From positions 868,001-932,000 of the forward strand of contig LSRY02000034.1 in the NCBI GenBank assembly GCA_001643675.2: a stretch of 64,000 bases of DNA, read 5' to 3'. Source of the DNA: Monocercomonoides exilis PA203 (lineage: Eukaryota > Protista > Preaxostyla). The translations under genes and the position numbers were made by a program. The notes beneath the pieces are model-generated. The model was given only the letters and a program-made list of their open reading frames with translations, was not told the DNA's origin and ran no database searches. Shown here piece after piece: positions 37,690 through 50,398 of the stretch; within the stretch, counting starts at the first letter, position 1; each line of letters starts with the position of its first letter.

Positions 37690-38511
37690 GATTGGAAGCA
37701 AACAATTGTTTTCGGTGTTGTCTGCTTCTCCTTCATTCCACACTCTTTTAGTTGGAGTTGTTGATCCACATTGCTGGAATGGAGATAGAGTGATGGAATT
37801 GCCACTGAAGAACACATCATTGCCCCTTCCATTTGTGGCGGAGTTTCCATTGAAAAAACAGAATGTGATGAATTTTGCTCCACTCATCCAAGTGAAAGCG
37901 TTTGTGCAACATAGAGCAGCACCTCCCCATGAAGTTGAGGTTGATGTCAATTTGTTGTTAATGAACTGACACTCATTAATTGAAAACTGATTTGGCTTAT
38001 TTGTTGGAGGAGAATTGAATGTTAGAGAACCAGAAGCATCACCACCGGAATTAGCAATGCACTTGCATTTGGTAAATAAGAATTGACCATTTGACGGAAA
38101 ACCGCCAACATTAAAATACCAGCCAGTTCCACACCAATTTGTTATTGAACAATTTTTCACTCTGTTTTCTGAGAATGTCCAAACAGAATTTGATTGCGGA
38201 TTCCTTGCGTGAACTGCTCCTCCATGAGCAGCCGAGCAACTTGTGAAATTGGATTTTGCGATATCAATTTTTAACAAACTTTTGCAATGAAACGCTCCAC
38301 CATGTCCATTGTCAGTACAGTAACAATTACTATATGAACAAGAAGTGATTGTGAGATTTGCATTTGCACAATGAACATTATGTGCACCTCCATAACTTGA
38401 TCCACCAGTTGAATCATTCCATTCGCACCATTCAAATTTATGGCTGTTCAGATCAAAGGAATCTAGTCTTCCAAGTTTCACTCTTTGAGATTTTGTTCCA
38501 ACATGCACCAC
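37690..38511 (-). pseudogene. Fragment of a Pmp-like (GGA/FxxN) Cys-rich right-handed beta-helix surface protein
   Basis: GGAHNV, GGAFHC, GGAVHA and GGAALCC alternate with FSEN, FINN and FNGN. No signal peptide or clear TM anchor; the ORF runs out into unrelated sequence. Confidence 0.7.
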
Positions 38512-40694
38512 AGCAGCATTTGGTGAAGAGCGTGTTTGGCGGAGGAAAGAGCGTTGAAGGCAGAGAGAGAAGTTGTTGGGCTGTTAAGAGATGGGAGAAT
38601 GGCTCCATCGATGGGGTTGTGGGCGCGGAGGAAGATGGTTGAGTGGATGGAGAGGGATGAGTGAAGGGAGAATGAGGGAATTGAATTGGTGTTGGAGTTG
38701 GTGTTGGTGGAAGTGGAAGTGGAAGAAGAGGAAGAGGTGGTTGAGGTGAATGTTTTGAGTGAGTGTGAGAGAAGTGATAGAAGAGATGGATGGGATTGAG
38801 GAGAAGTGACGTTGGAGAAGATGGTGTTTGAGAGATGGAGATTGAGGTGGATTTGGAGATGACGACGGAAAAGGGAAGAAGAAGATGATGATGAAGGAGA
38901 AAAAAGGAAGGGCTGGACGAGGGAGATGAACGAGGAGAAAGATTAGTGGGAGATGGAGAAAGAGGCAGGGATTTGGGGATTTGCATCTGGGAGGAGATGA
39001 TATGGGATGAAGAAGAGGGGGAAGGAGAGGAAGAAGAAAAAAGAAAATCAAGCTTGTCAGCTTCCACGCTTCATTTCGTACAATTTTGTGGTTATTATTG
39101 TTTTTTAAAATGTAATTGTTTAGAGCATATCAGTTTTCCTCTTAACACTTTTATCCGATTAACAATCGTATCAAAAGTGTTTTCTTCAAATTAAACATAA
39201 AAATACAAACGAAACAAACCTTCAACTCTGATATTTTTTTTTGACTTTGAAGCTCATTTTTTTGGAATTTGGTCATATTTCCAATTAAAAACTAAAAGAT
39301 CAAAATTGTTTTAAAAATAGAATTATTTATTCTTTAAAAAACAACCCCAAATGTGCCATTTAGCAATTATGAAAGATAAAATATAATTTTTTAAGTACAT
39401 TTTCAAGATGGATTTCAGCGTTAATTTAAATAAATAATCTTCATTTAAAATACACCCACTTCATTTAAAATAAACTAACTTTATTTGAATTGAATGGATT
39501 TATTTGAATTGAACAAGTCTATTCAAATTTCATCTATTATTCGAAATTGTTAAACTTCTTATTCAAAATTAATAAAATTCAGTATTTTTTATTAAAAAAT
39601 TTTTGATATAATATGATCACTGGCTGAGTGTCAGAAAGCGATTAAAATGTTTTGTTTTTTCATTATTCTTAAAAAGGACGAAAAATTGAACCCAGATTTT
39701 TATTGTTTGTGAATAAATTAGAATAATTTTGATATTTCAGAAAAAAAATCATCATCCTTGAAATCGAATAATTTTCGAATGAATTCACCTCACATCGATA
39801 AATAATGCATTATTCAATCAAAAAAAGTTATTCGCATCAGTTTTTCAAACAAAATTCAAATATTTTTCGGAACTGAATAAATCTGCAAATACAGTTTAGA
39901 AATTCTTTAATTGTTTTTTATTGTTCATCTGAATAAATATTAATTTCAATAACTTTTCTTGATTGAATAATGCGTTATTTATCGATGTGAGGTGAATTCA
40001 TTTGAAAATTATCCTATTTCCATGATTATGTCTTTTTTCTGAAAAATCAGAAAATTTCATATTTATTCACAAACAATAAAAATCTGTGTTCAATTTTTCG
40101 TCCTTTTTAAGAATAATGAAAAAACAAAACATTTTAATCGCTTTCTGACACTCAGCCAGTGATCATATTATATCAAAAATTTTTTAATAAAGATTACTGA
40201 ATTTTATTAATTTTGAATAAGAAGTTTAACAATTTCGAATTAGTAGTTTAACAATTTCGAATAATAAGTTTACCAAATTTGAATAATAAATGGTGTATTG
40301 TTCATTTTCAATGTTATAAAAAAAATTGTATGCACGTGTAATATAATTATTTTTTTGTTTCACGATAAGGAAATTGATTATTTTGTGCAAGATATTTAGC
40401 TTCAGTCATTGTCATTGAAAAATTATGTACTTTTTTTTGACTATTTGAGATCAAAAAATATAATAAAAATGGGTCCATTTTTTGATATTCGTGAAATGTT
40501 ACAACACTTCATGTTTTTATTTCAACGATGCCTGTTTTCGCATATGAAAATCAAATTTATATCAAAATCTGAGAAAGGGAAATAAAGTTATGAGCAAAGC
40601 AATTTTTCAATGCCTTGTGCAAAAAAAGCTTGAAAGACCGTATTTTCACCCATTTGAAAGAATAAATAAAAACTTAGAAATAATATAATAAATA

Positions 40695-42992
40695 TGGGTG
40701 ATTGTTTTTGAAAAGTCGCAAATGTTTAATTTTCAAATAAATCAAAAATTTCATATCTTGATCAAATTTAACAGTCTGTCCCAAAAAATGTTGATCTGTC
40801 CTTTTTTAATGTTGAGCATCCCGCAATAAATAAAATATTAATTTCCCACATTCGCCTTTCGTCATAATTAACATTTTATTTGCAAGGGGTACAACACTGT
40901 TTAAAGCACATGAACAAGATTTATTGAGCTTTTATGTGTTTTTCTTTGAATAAATCAATGGATGTATGATTGCAATCAATTATTTATTCAGCTTTAAAAC
41001 TTTTGTTGTTTTTTAAGTTTTATTGAGTGTCAATAACCAACTCACTTTTTTTTGAGTTATACTTTGATTCATTTGAATGAAAATTTCAATCTTACAAAAT
41101 GTTAATTCAGGTAAACCTTTTGAATATATTATTCACAAATAATGAATTAAGCATTCAGAAATCTCATGAAAAAATGAAAACTGTGCAAATATTTTATTAC
41201 TGAATGTAAATTTGAATCTTTGTTTAAAAAAACAATTTTCAAAACTATTTGTAATTTTCTTTTGAATTAACTGTTCAAAAGTTTTATTCTTTTTGGTTAA
41301 TAGCCTTTAATGTCATTATTTTATGTGAATGTTTAAGTATTTTTCACTTCATTTTGTAAAAAAAATAAGATTATAAAGAACCAACAAGCCAATTTTCTTT
41401 GTTATCGATAAAGATCGTTTATTAAAATTAAAGAAATATAAACAAAATGATTTGAGATATTAAAACAATAAATATAAAACTCAAATTAAATCATTCTCTC
41501 GGATATAAATGAAGTTTGAATAAATAAGTGTAACGTTAAGATCACAGGTCTTTCTTTTCTTAAACCAGTGGCCATATTTCATTCTCAACATTTGCAATGG
41601 TTCTTCGCACTTCTCTTGCTGTAATATCTTTGAATGTCTCGATTATCATGGAAATAAAATGATTTTCTCCTTTCCAGATGAAAGAGCTTTATTCAGCTCT
41701 TTTTTTCCAAAAACAAAAAACGTTTTCTATTGGATATAGTATTGGTGAATAAGCTGCATTGCATAGCACATGGTGGCCGGCTTCCGAAATTATTGCGTCT
41801 GTGTTAAGATGATGCATTGAAGCGTTGTCCATTACAATTACCGATTATCCATGGACTTTAATTGAAAGAAAAAATCTTTTGATGTATGCCTCAAAGACTT
41901 CATGATTAATTGACCCCCTGACAACTTATGAATATCCCATTCCTGATTTGGATATGGATGTGATTACAGTTAGGGACTGATGAACGGGTGGAGGAGGAAT
42001 TAGAACCTTCTCTCCAACTGGGGAACATCCATATTTTCTTGTGCACTCAATATTCCAGGAAGTTTCATCTATATAAAACACCATCGTACCATCCATTTGA
42101 TAATTGTTAAATTTTTCAACAAATTGAATTCGGAGTAATTTGTTTTCTTCAGTATTTGCCGCTGCTTCTCTCTTTGTTATTCTTTTGAAGGAAAAGATTG
42201 GATATTAATGGATCTCTTTATTTTTTTCTGTAAGAATACGGTAAATAGTTGATTTCCCAATCGGGCTTCCATGATTTGACAATTCTGATGCTATTTTCCT
42301 CACAGTGTTTAAAGGATTTTGCTTCATTTTTTCACGAACAACTGATTGATATTGTTCGTTTTCGACCTTTTTCTTTGCCTTTTTGATGTGATGGAAGTGT
42401 AATGTCTATTCCCGCCTTCAATTTCGATAAGTATTTAGCTGTTGTAATTGTTGTTAATGTGCATTCATTCGCGTACCATGTTTCGCTCTTCTCCTTGCCA
42501 TGGATTTGAAAAAGATTAGATAATTTCCTTCTTTTCGCATCAGTTGCATTAGTATAAGGATTTTTGATTTTTTGATTCTCATGAATTCCAACATTTCTCA
42601 GATCTTCTATTTTCTTTCTTCTTTCTTCCTCTGCTCTCATCGCTGCTCTCATTTTTATTGTTTTATGAATTCGTTCTTCTTAAAGGATGAACAGCAGGTG
42701 AAGAAACTGCACTAACTCTGTATTCTGAAATTGTTATAACTGATTCAATTATTTTCTTTTTCTTTTCAACTGTTCTGGCATCCAATAATTGAATATTTTC
42801 AATGTTGCGAAAATGTCAATTATGACGAAAGGCGAATGTGGGAAATTTATATTTTATTTATTGCGGGATGCTCAACATTAAAAAAGGACAGATCAACATT
42901 TTTTGGGACAGACTGTTAAATTTGATCAAGATATGAAATTTTTGATTTATTTGAAAATTAAACATTTGCGACTTTTCAAAAACAATCACACA
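40695..42992 (-). mobile_element. Tc1/IS630-superfamily DNA transposon with ~183-bp TIRs, TA TSD and a decayed transposase (~41540-42652)
   Basis: TIRs at 40695-40877 and 42811-42992. The minus strand gives VFYIDETSW, VIVMDNASMHH and AYSPILYPIENVF, with stops and a frameshift. Confidence 0.92.
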
Positions 42993-43179
42993 TATATTTT
43001 ATGTTCATTGGATAAATGAATTAGAAATCAGTTAATTTTTACTCCAATTTAATGCATCAGCACCTCAGAAATCTCTTCGCTTGATGTATTATCTTTTTTT
43101 AATAACTGAAATTTCATCGATATCATCAATATTAAAAACATCATTTTCGATTTTTTCTTATTCTTCTATGATTTCTCTC

Positions 43180-44060
43180 TCATTTTCTCTTCCATAGACT
43201 ATATATCCCTCAATATAAAAAAAAGAAACTTTTACAGTTTTTTTGCCCTCCAAAAAGAAAAATTATCTCCAATATGTTTCTCCATTATGTCATGACTTGA
43301 AATAGAAGATCTCAGATGTGACCACATTCCTTCCATTGTATTTGTGCATGCCTTCGTAATCGGATCCACAAAATTTTTTGAATGATTCACTGTTTGATGA
43401 ATGTAGCCATGATCCTTCAAGCTGCTGGACGCACCCCATTCATCGCTCATTATTGTGGTTCCTGGATAAATATGAGATTTTTTTAAGAGGAACAAGTGTT
43501 TCGGAACATCGGTCAGGAACAATAAAAACAAATCTTCTTTTTGTAATTTTCTTATCTTCATGTCTTTCTATTTCTCCAAATATCCATATCTTCTTTTTTC
43601 TTCTGCCTCTCTCACACTTTCTTCTTCTCCAAATTCATTCGTCGATTTCAACTGTTTTTCCAACACCGTCTATCATAACAGGGTTTCGATTAATGATGTT
43701 AATGCACCCAACACGCAAAACACTTCTCCAATATCCCACAATTTTTGGATCTTCATCTATTATAGAGCTTATCTGAGTTTGCATTAACCCTGATCAAATT
43801 AATAAAACGATTAATAAGAATATGCCCAGACCAATTTTGTTATTTTCCAATCTTGTATTTTTGAAAACTTTCTTTTTTTTGTTGCATTAACAGCACATCC
43901 AGTATCTGTAAGTTCCTTTTTCATTCAATAAAACCAAACTCCAATGGAGTATTGCACACTCGAAATATACCTTGAAAAACAAATCGATAAAACCACTCCC
44001 AAGTTTCTTCTCCATCAGTGAATTTTTTCTGAAGATTAAAATAAAAATTCTTTTTATCTT
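43180..44060 (-). mobile_element. Merlin / IS1595 (ISXO2-type) transposase pseudogene
   Basis: KTVEIDE*..RGRRKKKIWIFGEIER, VPDR.SETL, IYPGTTIMSDEW, HQTVNHSKNFVDPIT.ACTNTMEGMWS. Contains a stop and a frameshift; TIRs not located. Confidence 0.88.
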
Positions 44061-45734
44061 TCGTGTACATAATTTTTATTGATATTTTTTGATCAAACCC
44101 AAAAAGTGAAAATTTCACACAAGAAATTATTATTGTGGAATTTGAAAAAGTTTCTTTCAAGCATAAAAAAATGAAATGTTGAATGAGAGAATACACGGCA
44201 TACTGCAACTAAAAGCACATCAGTTATTTTTCACAATTTAATCATTCCAAGAAAAAATTGAAGTAATTTTTGATTATTATAATCCCTTTGTTATGAAAGC
44301 ATGAAAAAATTTCAAAAAAAACTTTAAATTGAGTAAGACAATTTATTTAACAAAAAATATTGATCCAATGATCACTTTGATCTGAAATTTACAAATAAAT
44401 ATTTCTCTCCAAATAAGACTTTTCTGGATAAAAAAAGAGTATTATTACAAAGACACCTAACGAATGAATGCGTATGTTACGAAAAAGAGACAAAATTTGA
44501 GGATAATAAATTGAGGGTGTTTGTTGTACTCTAATCATTTTCTATTTTTTTCACTTTTAAAAAACTTCATCGTCAATTTATCCATTTTATTTCAGACACA
44601 TAAACTATCCTCAATAAAACTGAAAACTTAAAGAACAGAATAATAAAAATTGATGAATATTTTTAGGTTTTATTAATGTCCTTCAAGTTTCATTATGCCG
44701 AATACACTTATTTTTATATCCTAATAGAAAGGAAAAAGTTTTGAGTTCTTAGAAATAATGAAGTTCGACCGAGTTCCGAATACCGAGAATGAAATAGCAG
44801 ATGGGAATAGAGTATTTTTCACATTCAACTTTTCAAGAGGATGAAAAACAAATTCGATTTCAAAAAATTTCAATAAGACGAAAAAGAAGAATGCCAATAA
44901 TTGGAAAGCTCTTGGAAAAAAAAGCAGAATTATTTTTCTGACAAAGAAAGTTGATGAGAACTCGAAAAGAGGATATTTATGGGGAATAAAGGATGATGGG
45001 GAAAGGAGCACGTGGAAATAATGGAAAAGGAGATTGAAAGCATCAGTTTCAAAACAATCCTATGTATTTGCGATAGGGAGGTGAAAGTGTTTTTTTGAGG
45101 AATTCTAATAATCAATATGATACTGATTGTTTAAATGTTTTGTTTTTTAATCTTTTTCCCATTCCAACCAACAGCTTTTTTTTTATATTGAACGTCATTC
45201 CCGGAAACAATTTCAAGCAGAATTTAAGTGAGATATGAAACTTCTTCCTTGCTTTTGCCAATAATCTACCTCTGAAGAGTTCATCTGACTTAATTCACTT
45301 CATTATGACAAACATCTTCTTCTTCCACATTTCTGTTCAACTTGTCAAATTGATGCATTACATCAAACAAACATGTTTGCATTTGATCAAACAACACACC
45401 AGCATCTTCAATAAAACTGTTTCTTTGAAGAAACAGTTTCTTTCATTTCATCTTTGTATTCCCAAAGATTGCTAATGCAAAATCAACATTACCAAGTCAT
45501 GTGTGTATCATGATCAGCCAACATTCAATGACCAAATTTCAAACAGAATGGAACAGAATATTATCTCAAAAGCACATTAAATGGATGTGTTGCTGGATGT
45601 TGAATGTGCGATTGCTCAGTTGGAAGAGGAAAGATGAGCTTGATGATGAGATGGGCAATGTGGAATGCTTGAATTGAAGAAAAGAGGAGAGCAGGATGTT
45701 GAATGGTTAAAGATTGTTGTTATAAATGGAACAA

Positions 45735-45852
45735 AGAGAAAGAAAGAAAGAAAGAGAAAGAGAAAGAGAAAGAGAAAGAGAAAGAAAGAAAGAGAGAGAA
45801 ATAGAAATTGAAAAAGAGAGATAGAGATAGAGATAGAGATAGAGATAGATAG

Positions 45853-45884
<32 letters not shown>

Positions 45885-45886
45885 AG
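45735..45886 (+). repeat. Compound purine microsatellite (AAAG/AAAGAG/AGAGAT/AGAT)n
   Basis: Direct read. Confidence 0.9.
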
Positions 45887-47754
45887 AATTTGAGATGATC
45901 GAGGAGACTAGCTGGCTAAGAGGGAGAAAAATTAAAAAAATATTTTGAATGAAATTATTAACTTTCTGAAAAGTCATATTTGTATTTAATTCAGATTAAT
46001 CAATATATTCCTCTTTATCTTCTTCTTCGTCTATTTCTTCTTCTTATTTAAAGAATTCAAAAAGAAAGGTAACAGATTCTTGAAATCAAATCAGTCAATA
46101 GGACTTATGAGATGCAAGTGAAGAAAGAAGAAGCAACGAGGAAGATTGTCAGGAAAGGAAAGGAAGAAAAAGAAAAATGGAAACAGAAAAGAAGTAATTG
46201 ATGATTCACACGAATCCTTTAGACAATCAAAAAAAATTCATGCAGAATTCAATAAACACATCCGAAACATTTCTTTCTTTTGTTTCGTCCAAAGCATATT
46301 CAACTTTCTTTCAATCACCATTGAAGTTGCTGTGGCTGTGCATTGTGTCATTTCAACTTGTTCAGCAACTGCAAAAGAGGATGATTTGACAAGAGATGAT
46401 CTTTGAAGAGAAAACAATGCAGAAGATGAAACATTCTGAGAGTGTCAGATGAGAAATGAGTGAAAAAACAGGTATTTCTTCTTTCACTGAGTGTGCTATT
46501 TGTTGACAAAAAGAAAAAATTAAAGTATTGAAGAGACATTCAAAAAGGGATGCTCATTCATTCTCATCAGCCATTGGGAAAAGACGAGGAAGCCATTGAA
46601 GTTCAACGAAGAGTTTCTGGCTTGCTCCAAAAAGAGAAAAGTGTGTGCAAAAGGAAGTATTCGGACAATGAATCCGAATTCTCTTCCGCTCTCTTCATTC
46701 TTTTGATGAAGCAGCAGAATTCTCCGATTCCTTTTTTCTGGGTTTTTGATGAACAATGAAGGTGTTGTTGAATTCTTGTGCTTCCTGAATGCTTCTCATT
46801 GCACAGCTGCCTTCACGATATTTCTCATCTGATCTCCATTCGATTGAAGAAAAGTGGTTTTTTGATGAAAAAAATGTTTGATTTATCAAAAAGAAAAAGG
46901 TGTTTTTCATTCATTGAAGCTGTTCCACAAATCATTTGTCCTGCCATCCTTGATGTTGGAGATGAGCCTTCAAAAATTTTCATAATTAAGTCATTTCACT
47001 GCAAAACCATTTTTCCATGTTCTTCTGCTGTTTGACTGATTTTGAAATTGAATCGACAATTCCTTTTTAATTTTTGGTCTTTTTTATTCCTTTCGATTAT
47101 CCAATGAGTCATCTTGAATGAAAACTGAAAATTGAAAAAAAAAAGATTTAAAATAAAACGAAATTCAACAATCACACAAACATTTGTTATCATTGTTTTC
47201 AGTCTGGTTCAACTATGCAAATTGTCGAAAAAGTCTTTTTTTTTATTTTGGCTGTTGTTTTCACACTTTTTCCATAAATATCTATTTCTGCGTGTTTTAT
47301 TTTCTCTGCTCCGATACAAGAAAAAAATCTGACTCAATCAACAAAATCAAACAATTCGAAACAAAATCCAATCCTTTTTTTTAATTAAAATTAGGTTAGA
47401 TCAAATAGAAACTTATGTTTTCTTTTTCTGGACTTTCCCAGTCAAGATCATAGGCTTTGTTGAATATTCTATTATTTCAATAATTTTTGAAAGAAAAGCA
47501 ACAGGTATTGCGCTTGTTTCCTTTTCATTTTGCAAGATCATCAAACATGTTGCTGTTATCTGATTATTTCGTTAACAGCAAATTGTCTGCTCAAATTAAA
47601 GATTTTCCCACCCGCTTGCAGAATGAGTACGTGCACCTGCGATAAGCCTCAAATTGGATTGCAAGATATATCACCAACAACGAAGTTTTTGAGTTTGCAA
47701 TTATATTAATATTGAACAGTTTTGATCAAATATTTGTTTTTTGAATGCATTTTG

Positions 47755-49065
47755 CAGAATTATTCGATGAACTGGAAAACTGCAGAGAAGGTGAACAAAA
47801 GCAGAAAATTGAGGAAATGAAATGAATGATTGATTTTTTGAATGAAAAAGAATTAAGATCTGTTTTCACAAAAGAATTGTACGGTAATATTGATGAAATG
47901 ATTGAAGAAGAGAAGCTTTTGATGGTAAATGCAATCTTGTTGTTGAAGAAAGCAGGATTTTGCAAGGAATTGAAATGCATTTTATTGTATTCTTTTGGTG
48001 ATTCATTATTGAGCAAAAGAATGAGAGAGATGATAATTGATGAAAATGAGAAGAAAAAGGATGAAAAAGATGAAAGGCTTATGATTGATCTTTGTGAATG
48101 CTATCTAACTCTTGTTAATGACTTCCCACTTGAATTGTTATCAATATGCGTTCCTCTCCTTTTGAAAACTGCCTCAAAGAAAGAGGAAAATGAAGAAGCA
48201 CAAAAAGAGGTGGAAATGGCTTTGATGGCACTGAGCAGCATTCATTTTTTTGAAGTGTGATTTTCTTTTTTTCTTTTTCTTGATGATTATTCGAATCAAT
48301 CGACAGTATGTGAAGAAAGAGTTGTTTCTGGATGAAATATCAGAAATTATCCAATTCAGTCAAGGGCATCGAAACCTAACTCATCTTGCATATCAATCTG
48401 CCTGGAGATTTCTCCGATATAGATTTGTCCATGACCAAGAATTGAAGGATGTCGTTATGGACGAACTGCACGTTGTTGAAGAAGCAACAAAAGAACTGAA
48501 AGAGCTAACAAGAAGTGTGAATTGGAAAGCAGGAGAAGGAGAGGGAAAAGAAAAAAAAGAAGAGCAGATAATTATCCGATGGCTCAATACACTTATTAAT
48601 TGTTATGATGTTTGCGAGTTGTCATGTGAAGGAAATGCAGAGTTGGTTGCTTGCGTTGTGAAATTGTTCCGAGCGTCAAATGGGCATTGTTATGAAATTA
48701 GCCACGGATCCATCAATCTTCTTGGTGCAATGATTTCAAGAAAAAGCGCATGCGTTTCAGACATTGTTGGAAAAGGTGTTTTTGATGTTGTTTTGGAGAA
48801 AATTCAGCAATCAACATTGGACTGCAATATAACGAGGAGTTGTATGAAGTTCTTATGGAATCTTTCCGAGAGATTGAGAGATGAGGCGGGCCACAAAGCG
48901 GATGAAGCTAATTTTGAGATGTTGAAAAGAAAGATACTCGAAAAGTTGGAAGAAGAAGGATACGAAGACATCACCACAAGTTTCAGAGAAGTTTCTCCAT
49001 TTTTTGATGAAGGCAACGAAACTTTTTTGAACGATAGTGAAGTTAATTTTTTTGTGAATATTTAA
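47755..49065 (+). pseudogene. Helical-repeat (ARM-like) protein of a probable expanded family; in-frame TGA at 47823
   Basis: Coding-like ELFDELENCREGEQKQKIEEMK*MIDF. ORFs 47826-48260 and 48250-49065 are joined by a likely intron at ~48255-48306. Confidence 0.6.
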
Positions 49066-50398
49066 GAAAAAAATGAGTTCGGCTTCACACTTAAAAATTG
49101 AATTTTTTTGTTTTGCTCATTTCATAATTCATCAATCATTTGTGAATATGTTTGTTTGTTTGTGATAATTTTCATTTATTTTCTTTAATAATTATCAATT
49201 TCCTAGTCGTGCTTATTCTTTTGTGTTTTGTGATCATAAGAAAGCATTAAAAGTCCATTTTTTCGAGAACTACTTCGACAAGTGCAAAAGAGAAGCAAAG
49301 CGCAAAATGGTGATTAAGTTGAAGTTCATGCAACGAGCTTTTGAAAAGCAGGAAGACAGCGATCAATAGTCATTCAAATAAAGCAATAAACAATTGAATG
49401 TTCATGAAAGGGTTTCAAATTCGATTTGTTTATTTATCTGTTTGCTTAATTTCTCAGCAAACATAGCGATTTTTAACACCATTTGAAGAAAGAATTGAAT
49501 TCAGCAATATCTCTTAAACATTCATGCGAATTCAGTTCATTTTTTGATTTCTTTTCTTCTTCTTCCTGTATCTTTTTCTTTTTCTCCAAGGCAATCACAC
49601 CTTCTGACGCTTTTCTCTCAAAATCCAGCTCATTCTCAATCCCATCTTCTGATCCTCTTTGGGCAAGTCTTGCTGAGAGAAAGATCCAAGCCAACTGTTT
49701 TATTGTGCAGTGGTGATTTGTTCTGAATAAATGCATTTTGATGTTTGTGAGTTTTCAAAAAAGCTATTTTTATATTTTGCTTTCAAAGATTTTTTTCGAA
49801 ACAAATGAAAAGCAGAACTCTTTGTGATATTGATCAAATCAAAGCAACAAACATTGCATTCATCAATTCTGCTCAACGTGAACAAATCCTTTTCACAATT
49901 ACATTTTTTATTATATTTTTTTAAATTATCATCACATAGGTGCTTTTTCTTTGATTTTTCATTTTCATTTTTCATTTTGAATAACAGAAAACAACTGTTT
50001 CATTTTGATCGTTTTCTCAGCTTTGATGATATGTACACGAATATCATTTGGTACTGAAAAACTCATTTTTATCCATATTCGTTGAGAAAGGAAAACTCAT
50101 CAAAGAAGTCAAAGGTTTTGCTCTTTGTTTAATAATCCGTTGAGTATTCTTGATGTTCAATGAATTTCAAACATATTTTTCATTTTGGAAAAGTGAGATG
50201 AATATTCTTTTCACTCAATTTCAATGCTTTGTTATTTGTTTTTTATGGATAATCAGGATAATGATATTGGTTGGAAAAAATGAAAAGAATAATTTGAACA
50301 ATAATTTTTCTTCAACAAAATAATTAAATATGGTTTGAAACTCAACGCCCATAACAAAAAAAGTTCGAACTCAATTATTAACAAGTGATTTTTTCGTA

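Larger units (their letters stand above)
34879..39534. mobile_element. Non-autonomous TIR element, 4656 bp, containing gene fragments
   Basis: Perfect 15-bp TIR GATGAAATTTGAATA / TATTCAAATTTCATC, extending imperfectly to ~55 bp. ~20-bp subterminal repeats at both ends. TATTA is duplicated at 34874-34878 and 39535-39539. Confidence 0.8.
34867..40295. mobile_element. Foldback MITE (~770 bp when the insert is removed; ~300-bp inverted arms, TA flanks), split by a 4.66-kb insertion in its left TIR
   Basis: TA|CACCATTTATTA at 34865-34878 matches the reverse complement of TAATAAATGGTG|TA at 40284-40297. Arms ~39540-39832 and ~39948-40240 are inverted copies. Confidence 0.8.

Noticed and set aside
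38453-39067. 204-aa S/P-rich ORF
   Set aside because: Low-complexity pyrimidine tract; possibly a decayed 5' part of the Pmp-like gene, but not supportable as a separate CDS.
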